Assembly: GCA_973851085.1 (NCBI GenBank)
Contig: OZ316775.1
Span: 8,556,001 to 8,620,000, forward strand
Direction: 5' to 3'
DNA: 64,000 nucleotides
Source: Ptychomitrium polyphyllum
Lineage: Eukaryota
Shown here piece by piece: positions 38,655-51,287 of this stretch. The translations under genes were made by a program, and so were the position numbers. Every line of letters begins with the position of its first letter. Within the stretch, counting starts at the first letter, position 1. The notes beneath the pieces are model-generated. The model was not told the origin of the DNA. It ran no database searches and saw only the letters and a program-made list of their open reading frames with translations.

Positions 38655-41600
38655 TGATGCTAATATCTATAAAAAATGTAGCAATTGTTAGGGAAACAAG
38701 AAACAAGAAGGAGAAACAAAGTGATTCCCAAGAATTGACTTCCAAAGAGCTAATGATTAACAAGAACTTGATACAAAGACTAAAACAAGGCATGATTCAA
38801 GATGATCCACAACTTGTGTTGGTAAGACTTAGGAATACCTTGTCTTGCCTCCTATTTATACTATGATGATTGTATCTCTTAGGATACTTCTAAAAGAGCT
38901 TCCCACAAGGCTTAAGAATGTTCTAGAAGACTATGGAACCTCCCCACAAAGTTTCCTAAGATGTTGGAACCTTTTTAAGAAGCTTCCAAGGAATTAGAAC
39001 CTCCCTTGGGAATTTCCTAAGGAGGTGGAACCTTCCTAGGAAACTTTCTGAGGTAGTAGAACTTTCCTAAGTAATTTTGTAAGAACGTAGAAACGCCTAT
39101 GGAGACATTTGAAAGAATTCTAAGAAGCAACTATAATATATATTAGAAGGTTCTAGAAGGTTCTAAAGAAAATGTTACATGATTTATGTCCGTGACAGCA
39201 GTCTCTTCACCCGTAATTGTCTTCTTACAAGGTACAAAATGTGCCATCTTAGTCAACCGGTCTACCACAACAAAGATGGTATCAAAAGAATTTGACGGTG
39301 GAAGATCTGTGATGAAATCCATCAAAACAAACAACTACAATTTCCTTGGAATAGGCACTAGTTGGAGAAGTTCATATGGATGGTGTTGAGGGTTCTTCAA
39401 CCGAGAGTAGATATCACACGAGAGTACAAACTCCTTAATGGCCTTCCACATTTGAGGCCACCAAAAGTTGAGAAAGAGGAATTCCAAGGTCTTATTGAAT
39501 CCAAGATGTCTAGCCATACAAAAGTCATGACGTGTTTGAAGTACACAAAGGTGGACTAGTCCTTCGAGAATATGTAGATGTTCTTCAAAATACAAGAGGT
39601 TGTCCTCAAATTTGAACTTAAATATATCTTCAAGAAGGTTGTTGAAACGATGCTTAATATCAACAAGAAATGGTTCATTGGTAGATGCCATACAAATTTG
39701 GTCAAGAAATGATGAATCCAATAGAGCTAAAATAATGGTTGTACATATGCAAAATTATTCAAGCTTCAACAAAGTTGTTTGTTGTTGATTGTGTATTTTT
39801 TTTTCTTCTTTTGGCGCAAGATATGACCGCCTAAACAAGGCATCTGAGAATCCTTGTTGTTTTTTGGATCAATATGTGATGCAAAAATCAAATTTGAGAT
39901 AGGGATATATTCCAACAAGCTTGGCAACGATTCAAAATGCGGGTTGATATGAAATATTCTAGATTCTTGTGGTCCGTATATATTATAATTGGATGTGCAA
40001 CACCTTCAAATAAGTGGTGCCATTCTTGGAAAGAATCCACAATTGCAAGGAGTTCTTTGTCGTGGATCTTATAGTTGATTTCTGCAGCTAAATGTTTTCT
40101 AGAATGGAATGTAATTGGGTAGAACCTCCCTTCTTCTCTTGGATGCGACAATACTACTCCTAATGCAAAGTCAAAAGCATTTGTTTCAAAATAAAATTGC
40201 TTTGAAAAGTCCAAATGAACCAGAATAGGAGTTGTGGTAAAAATCCGCTTTAAACTTTGGAATGCATCCTCAGCATCGAATCTCTATTCCATCTTTTCCT
40301 TGCATGTTAGCCGCGTGGGTGGTGTAGCTGTTTAGGAATAGTCCTTGACAAAGATCCTATACAAGTTTGTAAATCCAAAAAAACATTGGACATCATGTAC
40401 TGATTTTGGCCTTGTTCAATTGTTGATTGCTTTGACCTTCTTTGGATCCATCAATAGTCTTTTGTTGGAGATGATATATCCAAGGAATTCCACTTGAGGT
40501 TCATGGAATACACATTTCTCCAGCTTGACATACAAACCGATATCTTGTAGCTTTTGTAAAACTATGCGAACATATTGTTCATGTTCTTCTGGATTCTTTG
40601 AATAGATCAAGATATCATCCAAATAGCATATGATAAAATCATCGAGGTACTCCTAAAATATGTCATTCATCAAGTGTTGAAAAATGGCAGGTGCGTTAGT
40701 AACTCCAAAAGGCATGACATTGTACTCAAAATGTCCATACTTTGTTTAAAATGTTGTCTTCCATTTGTCTCTTTCTTTAATGCATACCAAATTATAGGCT
40801 CCTTGCAAGTCTATTTTGATATAAACCTTTGCTTAGCCAAGTTGATCAAGAAGTCCAGATATCAGCGGTAATGGATATTAGTTCTTCACCGTTATTTTGT
40901 TGAAGCCGCAATAATCAACTCACACTCGTAAAGATCCATCTTTCTTTTTTACAAAAAATATTAGAGCACTAGCAGGAGACTTTGAATGCCAAATGAAGTT
41001 TTTGGTTAAGTTTTCATGAACATACTTTCTTAATGCAAAAAGCTTATTGAAGAATAAATTATAAATAGGTCCAAATGGTGGTTGAGCGCCATCTTGGAGG
41101 TCAATGGCACAATTGTTGAGACAATATTTTAGTAGAATATTTGCATTCTAATTTTTGAATACATCTTAGAACTCTTTATATTTTTTAAAAATGATTGATG
41201 ATGAAACTACATCTATAGATGTCGTAGTCGCAAACACAGCAAAAGAAACACCACCTTTTGCTACCCTTATAAATGCTTTAGCTCCATTAAAAAAAAATTT
41301 AATAATTTTAGGCTTGCAAAATGCATGATCTTCCTCTCTAGGCTTTATAGCTACAAATTCTAGAGTTGAAAATTTTATTTTGCAAGATGCCCAATCTATC
41401 TACAGGTTGTACTTTTCAAGCCAAGAAAGCCTTAAAATGATGGGACTTGACAAAGATCTAATGACATTAAATATCATTTGACTATTGAGGTTGTCCAATG
41501 TCACTATTAATGGATTGGTTCTATAAATAACATCTCCGGAGGATAACGGTTGACCATCTATAACCTTTACATGGATAAGTTTGGATTTTCTAATAATAAA

Positions 41601-43393
41601 AAGCTTATGGATTTTAAGAAGTTCTTTGTCAATGAAGTAAGCAGAGGCTTTTGAATCTATTAGAGCTAGGCTTTTGAGCCTCTGAACACCTAAACAAATA
41701 GATATATTAAAACAAAAAGAAGGATGAGCTGATAGAACAGGACTTTTTTTTTCTTGTAAAAGAAGCGGATCCAGCCACACAATCCCAATTGTAGCTGGAT
41801 GTCCTCATTTTCTTGCAATGCATTTGGCATCGTGGTTGTACCTCTCATCTGATATGTACGTAGAGGTTTCTCTGGATAGTTATCAACCTTGTGGCTTGGT
41901 TTTCCATAGTACAAACACAACCCTTATTTCCTTTGTTGCTTCTTCTTATGTTTGGTAAGGGACTTGAAGCGAACTGCATCAATTTGCATGGTTTTTGCTC
42001 CCAAATACTTTTTAGAAGTAGATGGGACCAAAGCTACTGAAAATTTGGTATATAATCGAGGCATATTTGAAGTTTGTTTATCTTGTCGACGTTGAAATAG
42101 ACGGTTATTGCACTTCAAAGCTTGATTGATGGCTTCATCAAGTATTTGAGGGTCTGACATGGATAGCAATAAATCATTAACTTCATTGCATACGCCTTAA
42201 TGAAATTGACTCATTAATGTTTCTTCTCCCTAGTTGATGTTGCATGCAAGTTGTTGAAATTCCAATTCATAAGTTGATATAGAACGTGGACCTTGGCGCA
42301 AGGCAGAAATCTTAGTGGTTACAAAACGGAGCTTGTCATGGTCACCAAATGCTTCTGCAAATGCAGCTATGAATGCATCAAAGTTGCTAAGTATGGGATA
42401 ATTCTTTTCGAAAAGTGATCCAAACTAAGACAATGCTTGTCTTTAGAGCAATGTTTCCACCAAATCAATGTGCAAAGCGTCCATAAGATATTGTCAAGGC
42501 TAAAACAAGGTAACAAGTTGAATTTGGTTTATAAAGCCTCAAAATTTTAAACGCGTACCATCAAGCTTCTCTAGAAGGTTGATTCTTGGTTCTTTGGCTG
42601 TTGATAGTGAATTGCCGGCTTGAGTTTGTGCGTCTTCTATTGAAATGGATCTAGACTACGGAGCACCTAAGGTGACTTAGGGTAGCAACTGGGGTGCTTC
42701 TGTTCCTTGGCCATTATGTATAATCAAATAAAATTCTTCATTTTTTTTTTATAAAGTCTTAGTCTTGATTCTCAATGCTTCAAGGGCATTAATAAGAGAG
42801 TTTAACCTTGCTTCTTTCAAATTTGTCACATTGACCTCTTCACCTTATGGCATGAAAACAAAATAGAAAGTGCTAAATAAACAAAAATATTGAAAACAAT
42901 TTAGGAGGCAATATCAATCTAAAGAAGGATAATCTGCAACCTCTAAAGTGCTATAGTGCTTTCAAGAAGAGGGATGATCCACTCTCTATCAAGAAAGACC
43001 AAGCTTTGATATTATTGTATAACAGTTTCAAGAAACTACTACGAACAAAGTAACGACAAGACAAGGCTTCAAGATTTCAAAATATGGAACAAAATATGTC
43101 CAAGGTATATTAAAAGTAAAGAACTATAACATGGTACAAAGACAAGGCCAAAATGTCTAAGATAGACCACAAGAGATGCATTGTTGAGAGTAAAGATTCT
43201 TTCAGCCTCGATTCCTATATTAGAGCTATAAGCCTTGAAAGCTTCTTGAGAAGCTTTTATTATATTGCTTTGTACTCAAATAACCTTGAGTTGCTTCCTT
43301 AGAAATTTTATAAATCCAAGAGAACTTCCTTAGAAGTTTTTTTAAACTTTTTAATAATCTTTTTAGATGCTTCTAATATGTTTGTTTATAACA
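38655..43393 (-). mobile_element. Decayed Ty3/gypsy (chromovirus/Tcn1-like) LTR retrotransposon A: putative short 5' LTR ~43218-43393, gag, protease, RT, RNase H, partial integrase
   Basis: Degenerate zinc knuckle CLYYGKPSH, protease LIDSKASAYFID, RT DDILIYSK, RNase H DFALGVVLS/DKELLAIV, integrase [32 protein letters not shown] order; many stops. Confidence 0.9.
38686..39197 (-). mobile_element. Solo LTR (512 bp, TG...CA) inserted in the integrase of element A
   Basis: Ends TGTTAGGG...CCGTGACA, flanked by a near-perfect 5-bp TSD GCAAT (38681-38685) / GCAGT (39198-39202). Integrase-like codons (xATFFIDI) resume beyond it. Similar to the LTRs at 46382 and 48260. Confidence 0.85.
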
Positions 43394-46381
43394 TGGGATT
43401 TATATCTAGTCTTCTATTAGACAATGCTTTATTGTGGTTTACACCTTCAATGGAGAAGAAGTCACTATTATTGATTAATTTAGGCGCTTTCATTGAAGCG
43501 TTGGCATCCATATTTGGAAACATTGACCAAGAAAGGGTGATTGAAACAAGAATTTAAAGTCTACAATAAGGACAAAGCTCGGTTGCTCCATATACAGTAG
43601 AATTTTGACAATTAGCTTGCGACCTTGATTGGAATGACAAGGCTGTGGTTATACAATTCTAATGGATTTTGAGACATATTATAAATGATTTGCTACATAC
43701 AATGCCACGGATTGATACGTTGGACAAATTCATCACTCAAGCAATAGCTTGTGATAACAAATTATATGAAAAGCACCATTAACAATGTTTGGATTGAAAA
43801 GTGGTACATCAAGGTATGACAATCACTTCTTCAAAAGTATTAGAAAGCCAACCATTAGGACCAAAACCTATGCAAATTAGTGCTATCCAATTTAGACATT
43901 TGATTCCAAAGGAGAAGGAAAGACATCAAAGAAGAAACTTATATTTGTAATGTGACAAATCTGGACATATTGTATGTAATTGCCAAATCAAAGGATTTGC
44001 CTTCAAGGCTCAATACACAATGGTAAAATTAGAAAACAAGGATGTTTGGTCATAGTTGAAACCATGCAACTATACACAACAAAGAAATGACCATCAAATT
44101 AAGGTTTCTTATTAGCTCTAACTCCTATCTCTTGGTTTATATTTCCTATCAAAATTAAAGTATTAGATGGTGAAATATTTAATGAAGTCTTTTTGGACAC
44201 TAATGCAATGGCATGTTTCATGGACAAATACTTTATAATCAAACACTGCATGATACTAATGAACAAAAAACATCCAACTTCTGTTGAAGTTATTGATGGA
44301 TGATTTCTTGCATCTGGTAATATTATTGAAAAAATTCAACCTTTCAAGCTTTGGAGGTTATATTAAAAAATCAAGCATCCAAGATTATCTTCAATATCAT
44401 TTAATGTCAAACAAAGCCTATCGTTTTGGGCCTTTTGTAATTTAAATTACATAATTTAGACTTTGATTGGCGCTTATAGAATGTGATATCATAATAAAGA
44501 TGTCAAGGTACAAGGAGTCTTTGGCTATCATTTATTGGAGATAAAGCATTTATGAAAATAACAAAGGATAAATCAATCTATGTTAATTATGCCAAATCAA
44601 TGTTTGAATCTACATAATGGATAAATCAAGATATATTACATCAATACCAAGATTAAAAGAACGTTTATAAAAAAAAGAATGTGAACATATTATCAAAATA
44701 CCAACATTACAATTGTATCATTAAATTACAAAAAAGAACACAACTATTTTTTGGACCTACATATAATCTATTACAAACCAAGTTGATTGCCTTGAAGAAA
44801 TATATTGATAAAAATCTCAAAAAAACTTGCATCCAACATTCCAAACTACTTGCTAAAATATCCATCCTATTTGTAAAGAAAAATTATGGATCATTACGTA
44901 TGTGCGTGGATTATTGAGGCCTCAATAAGATGATTAAGAAGAATTGTTGTCTACTACCATTAATCTAAGGACTCCTACAACAACTTGGCTAACCAAAGAT
45001 ATTCACCAAGATCAATCTTAAAGGAGCCTACAAACTAATATGTATTAAAGAAGGAGATGAATGGAAGATAACTTTCAATCTAAATATGGCCATTTTGGCC
45101 TTATTAATGCCACTATAATCTTCCAACATATAATGAATGATATTTTCCATGAACATTTGAACAATTTTATAGTCATCTATTTGGATAATATTTTGATATA
45201 TTCAAAGGATAAACAAGACCACAAATGTCACAAGCAACTAGTTGCAGAAAAACTATGCCAATAAGGATTATATGCCAAATTGGAAAAGCGTCTTCTTGAT
45301 GAATTTTAGGTTGAATTTTAAGCTACATCATCACTAAAAGGAGAATTCACTTAGATGAAAGAAAATAACATTATAATAGAATAGAAAAAAGCAAAGATCA
45401 ATTTAAGATTTTCAATGCTTCTTGAGATTTGCAAATTTCTAAAGGATATTCATCAAGGATTATTGTAAGATTACTGCATCATGGATGCAACTTATAGAAA
45501 GGCAAAAATTCATTTGGAATGAAGAAGCTGAAGGAGCATTTTAAAGTCTTCAAAAGTCATTCACGTCAACTCCAATTCTTATTCACCCAAATCCATCAAA
45601 ACTTTTGTATTTGAAAGCAAATGCTTTAGACTTTGCACTTGGCTTAATATTCTCACAATATGACAAAGATAGAAAATTCCATTCAATTGAATTTTATTCA
45701 AAGAAGTTTTTAGCGGCAGAATTCAATTATGATATATATAACAAAGAATTACGTGCAATTGTAGATGCGTTTGAACAATGGCAATATTTGGATCAATAAT
45801 AGACTATTTTATTGAAGCTACAAAATCTTCAATTTAGAGCAATGACTATCACCACAACATTCCATTTTAACAAAATTTGGAAGGCTTTTAAAAATGATGT
45901 ATATGTTTTAAATATAAAGAAGCACCTTAAAAATAGCAAAGATCTTTCAAATAGTGATGAAGACTTCAAATTCCAAAAGGGCCTACTTTAATATAAAGGA
46001 CTTTTGTAACTATCTCCAGAATCCTTGCAATTGAAGATTCTTCAAGTACGTCATGATTTTCTAGCAGCAGGTCACTTTGGATTCAACAAAAACAATAGAA
46101 TTGATTGCTAGAGATTATTCGTGGCCAAAAATGTGGAAATACATGAAGGACTTTGTTCAATCATGCACCATTTGCACAAAGGCCAAGGTACTAAGACATC
46201 AACCTCATGATCTCATCCATCTGCTTCTAATGCCAAAAAGCCTATCATTGCCATTGTTGATGGATTTTATTACAAACCTTTTAAATTCCAATTTAGAGGA
46301 TTCTATCCTAGTAGTGAAGGATTGGTTCATTAAGATGGTACATTTCATTCCAAGCAATAAGACGGTAACCAAAGAAGAAAT

Positions 46382-46804
46382 TTTCACAGACATAGATTAT
46401 GCAACATAGTCTTTAGAAACTTCAAGAATATTTTTGGTATAGTATAGTAGCTCTTAGAATACTTTCAATGCTTGTATAGGCGTTCCACTTCTTTGAAAAG
46501 ATTCTTAGGAAGGTTCCACTTCTTTGAAAAACTTCCCAAGAAGGTTCTACTTCCTTAAAAAACTTCCTATGAAGGTTCCACCATCTTGGAAATTTTTTAG
46601 GAAGTTTCCATAGACTTCTAAAACATTCTCAAGCTTTGTAAGAAGCTTCTTTAGAAGTATCCTTGGAGATACAAATATTATAGTATAAATAGGAAGCAAG
46701 ACAAGGTATACCTCAGTCTTGCCAACACAAGTTGTGGATCATATTGTATCTTGCGTTTGTATCACTTCTTGTTAATCATTAGCTCTTTGGAAGCTAATTC
46801 TTGG
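46382..46804 (+). mobile_element. 3'-truncated LTR of the same family inside the integrase of element B
   Basis: Begins TTTCACAGACATAG (cf. TGTCACGGACATA) and shares TAGTATAAATAGGAAGCAAGACAAGGTAT...CCAACACAAGTTGTGGATCAT with the other LTRs. Integrase (QILEQYL..VNYQ) resumes after ~46805 with a short deletion. Confidence 0.8.
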
Positions 46805-48259
46805 ACCCTATTCCAACTATTGCGTGTGAAGATCAACCTTTCCTGAGCACACCAAATTGTTGATCAAATCAAATATTAGAATCAAATTTTGGAACAATAC
46901 CTTTGTTGCAGCGTAAACTACCAGAAAAACAATTGGATGGAAGTCTTAGCTTTAAATAGAGTTTGTTTACAATATTATGATGCATTCTTCAACAACCCAA
47001 TGTTTATTTTTTGCAAATTATGGCCATCAACCTTAAGTAGATCCATTTCAAGTGAAGCATGTTGGAAGTCTTGCAGCATAAGATTTTGCAATTCAATTTG
47101 TTAAAATCTACCAAGAATTTGCTTTCCATTTACAATAAACTCAAGATTAGTACAAAACTTATGCAAATTGTCATCGGAAGGACCATCCAAAGTTCAAGGT
47201 TAAAGATAGCGTATGACTTCTAAGACAAAACATACAAATAAAAAGACCCTCAAAAGAGCTAAACTATTAAAGACTTAGGCCTTTTGAAATCATCAAACAA
47301 ATAAATCTGGTTATTTATTGCTTCAAATCACCACCAACCATGCAAATTTATCCAATGTTTTATATATCTTTGTTGGAACCTTATAATAAATCATATATAT
47401 CAATAAGGATTATTTGCTCGCCTCCTCCAATGGAAATCAAGAATGAAATGGAGTATAAAGTCAAAGAGATTTTAAATTCATGCATAAAAAATGGATGCAT
47501 GGAATATCTTATACATTGGCAAAAATATGGCATCAATGATCAAACATGGGAATCTTCAATGAATGTGACAAATGCATATGACAAGGTACGCAAATTTCAT
47601 CAAAGATATCCTCAAAAATCAAATCATTGAAGACGTGTTATGATCAATAAATAGTTGTTAGTTTCACAAAGAAGATTCCATAGACGAGTATAAGAAGAGG
47701 GAAGTGGTATCCAACCTTCAATTGTATGCAACGATTTGTTCAAGATAGATCATCTCTAGTTAGTATGTCAAATCTTTGTATTATTATGAACTTATGTGAA
47801 GAGCAATTGGCCATACCTTCTTCAACTGCAACATCTATTGTACCAACCTTTAGCACTGAAAGATTTGAGGCAAGATATGACAAAGACATTCCAACATCAA
47901 GTGCAACCACATATATAAGTAATGGCTAACCATCCTTCACACTTTACTTTTGATTTAAATGCTCAAGCTTTAGTCACCTTGTTAGAAGTCGGAAGAGTCA
48001 CTCCTGGAGGACATGAGACCTTATTTAGAAGATGTTTTAAAAGACTTAATGAAAATCAAATCTTGGGTTGAAACATCAAACAACAGAAGATTTGGATTGT
48101 AATTAGTAGCATTTTTTGCAAAGACCAGCTGAGCTAGTAGACAAAGAATGATGAGCAAAATAAGTTGTTTCTCTTCTTCAACAAATTTTGGAATTTGTGG
48201 AAATGTGACAAGTCATAACAGAAGTTCTTTGTGGGACTTGTCGCTAAAGAAAGAAGTCA

Positions 48260-48707
48260 CATTATAGACATAGAATAAGCAACATAGTCTTTAGAATCTT
48301 CTAAAACCTTTTGGTATATTATAATGGCTTCTTAAAATACTTGGAATGACTTATGGAAGTATTGAATCTTCTTGAGAAACTTCTTAGAAGGATTCCACCT
48401 CATTGGAAAGGTTCCATAGATTTCTAGAACATTCTTTAGCTTCATAGGAAGCTTTTTTAGAAATATCCTAACAACCATAAACGTCATAGTATAAATAAGA
48501 AGCAAAATAAGGTATATCTTAGTTTTACCAACACAAGTTATGGATCATATTATATTGTGCCTTTGTTCTAGACTTTATATCAATTCTAATTAATTATTAG
48601 CTTTTTGAAAGCTATTTCTTGGGAACCACTTCAAATCTACTTCTTATTTCTTATGTTCCTAATACCAATGACTTAAAATCTGCTTCTTATTTCTTATGTT
48701 CCTGACA
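48260..48707 (+). mobile_element. 3' LTR of element B, terminal 43 bp tandemly duplicated
   Basis: CATTATAGACATAG (transition-decayed TGTCACGGACATA), TATAAATA box, ends TTCCTAATA / TTCCTGACA. Confidence 0.78.
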
Positions 48708-49720
48708 CGAATGGCTTATAGTTGTAAAAATGTTTCTTTTTGCTACAGAAGAACTTTACATGCCAGACTTTTCAAACCTAGTCCAAAACCTCAAAACCTC
48801 CAAAGTAAAGCGAACTCACTAATGCCTCCCTTCTAATATCTAATATCTGGTATCTAATATGGTACTACATTTGCAATTGTACAAGAAGTTTGCATCAACC
48901 AATCAATATTCTTCGGGAGTGACTCTTAGGCTCCGCCGTCACAAAATCAGTGGAGTTGCGCGAGCTGCAGCTCGCTTGCTGTGGAGGGCGTTGCTGTGCG
49001 CATTGTCGACCAACGTGGGATCGGTAAGGCGCTACGTCTTCTCGCAGTTTGTGTTCTGGAACCTGCTTTGAGACTATTGCCAAGTGCCCCTCAGTCCTCC
49101 TTCATTCTCGACGTGGTTCTGAAGAACCCAGTGATTGTTTTGAGTCGTGTTGAGCCTGCAATGCGAGTTGAGATTGCAGTAGGATTTGGAGTTGCGTGCT
49201 GCATGGTTGGTGGGTAGTACCTGAAGTGGGCATGCTTAGTACGCTTTGAGCCCTTACTTGGTCATTTGCGGGTCTCTAGATTTGGAACGTGCTGAGGTTC
49301 TGTTTGTTGATTCTAGAGTGCCTTCAAAAAGTTTTGCTGTCCTCGGTTTCACGAGTCAGTGTACATGAGTAGAAGATACGGCATAGTGCTATCGAATTGC
49401 AAGCTTTACTTGTTTTGTGTGAACATCGACTTTGCTGATGCTTGACTTTGATTTCGACATTTTGATACATTTTGATACATTCTGAAGTTTTGGAGACGAT
49501 GGAAGGCATTGAGGATTGTGGAAATGGAGATTACGGTAGAGGGTGCAGTTGTACTTGCCGACGTGGGCATCGGGAAGAGGCCACAGCTGAATTTGGAGGA
49601 CGCCCGTTCTTTGCGGGATAAATTCGACATTTTGATACAAGAGCGTTCCGCCATGCATGATGCCATAAACTATTGGAAGCATAGTGTGATACATCAGCCT
49701 TCCACAGACCCACAGTCGAC

Positions 49721-50706
49721 ATGAAGAGGAAACGAAGGAGTGGAGATGCAGTGGTTGGAGACGCAACATGTGAACATTCCTGTGCACATCATGGCGTGCT
49801 GATGAATCCTAGAATTTGGAGCTCTCTGCCCAAGGAGCTTTTGCAGCTTGTTTTTGTACGCCAGCGGCTGTATCAAATCTTTCCCCTCGTCTCTTCAAAG
49901 AGTATATTTGGGTGCGTAGCTACACAAGCGCAGGGAAAAAGTTTGCAAAGATTTGCAACAGGAATGAGGTTTCCATGCATTTGTACGACATCAAGTCAAA
50001 CGGATGGCATGAACTCCAACTCTCTTTTCCAAATCAACTCGCGATGTCAAGTGACGGAGGTTTGGTACGCATCATTTCAACACGTGCCTTGAGCATGCCC
50101 CTGCGCATCGTGGTGTGCAACTCCCTCACTCGAGCTTGGAGCTCGTGGGAAAGACAACGTTGGCCATGCCACAGGATTTTGGAGTTGCACCAACTTGTCT
50201 TCGGATCGTATATACGGGCCGAAGAAGAAGGTGATGAGAGAGAGAGCTGATCTCCCAAATCGATGTCCATGGTCCTTCTCTATGATTACAGGAATGGTAA
50301 ACTGCATCACCTAGGCTGCCCAGGAGATGGGCTTCAGAGATATCCTCTTGTAAGAGATTTGTGTGGCAGGATACCATAATCCAGAATGCAGATGGACGAT
50401 TCTCGCATCGAGTTCTTTCAAAGTACCAAGCAAGCAAAAAGGGTGGATTTTACTGGGTTCTAATGAAGGTTCATGAATTGCCTATGACTTTTACACAATG
50501 CTCAAATTATGAAATGCTTCTGCTTGTGTGCCAAGGGTTATTGTTGGAATTTACGAACAATGGTTTGTCGGGTGCTTTCAAGCAGGAGTTTGTGTGGGTT
50601 TACGACATAGACATATACGAATGGTATGAACCTGTTGCTCCTCCAGAACGGTTCTTCTTTGAGGTAGACATAATGTGTGAGCTTCAATGGGACGCTGTTC
50701 CATGGA
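49721..50706 (+). pseudogene. Decayed F-box protein gene (frameshifts, deletions, stop)
   Basis: F-box-like LMNPRIWSSLPKELLQLVF, then in other frames MSSDGGLV, IVVCNSLTRAW, TGFWS..LVFG, WVYDID..EW and MCELQWDAVP. The pieces lie in different frames with an internal TGA near 50248. Confidence 0.72.
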
Positions 50707-51287
50707 GCAGATCGATATTTGAGTTCACACTTGTACAACTTCTTGTTGCTCAATTACAAGTTTCGCAAGATTCTGTTATTTTATCGTACAAGTACCCCGT
50801 TTGTACATACTTTTTACGTGTCAACAGATTCAAATCACTGTTCTAACTATAACACTGTACCGCCTGAGTAGAATTGTTTTCGACTCAGAAAAACGTTGAT
50901 GGTTTAGATTGGTGGTTTAGAGCACCGTCCTGTACATGAGACCTTACTCTACTAGAAATACACCCTTAAAACATTTTTTGATCCTTAAATTCTTAAGCTT
51001 GCCAACGACCAGAATTGGTTGCCAAAGCATGTTTCAATGCTTGTATAACTACGTAAATCCAAGGTTTAGTAGGCCTTACATTATTGCATAGAGCAACATC
51101 CAAATAAAATCGGCAACGGCAACGGCAAAACTGTAACAGCTGGCATGGACCACTGGAACGTCAATTATTATACAATGTTAGAAGCCGTTTCTTGGTTCTC
51201 AAGCACGGGTTTGATAAATGAATGGGCTACTCACCAAAGCAGATTAAGCTAGCCTGAATAAGTAATAAGTACACTACTCACTAAAAT

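Larger units (their letters stand above)
43394..48707 (+). mobile_element. Decayed Ty3/gypsy chromovirus element B: 5'-truncated gag, pol, chromodomain, PPT-like tract, 3' LTR
   Basis: GSLRMCVDY, YLDNILIYSK, DFALGLIFSQ...NKELRAIV, MDFITNL. Chromodomain EYKVKEILNS...EYLIHWQKYGINDQTWE at 47340-47630. Purine-rich AAAGAAAGAAG just before the LTR at ~48260. Confidence 0.9.

Noticed and set aside
50034..50270. Minus-strand ARIYDPKTSW suggesting an internal inversion in the F-box relic
   Set aside because: The plus strand over the same bases gives collinear family-like motifs (TGFWS..LVFG..YDY..GKL), so the antisense match is probably coincidental.
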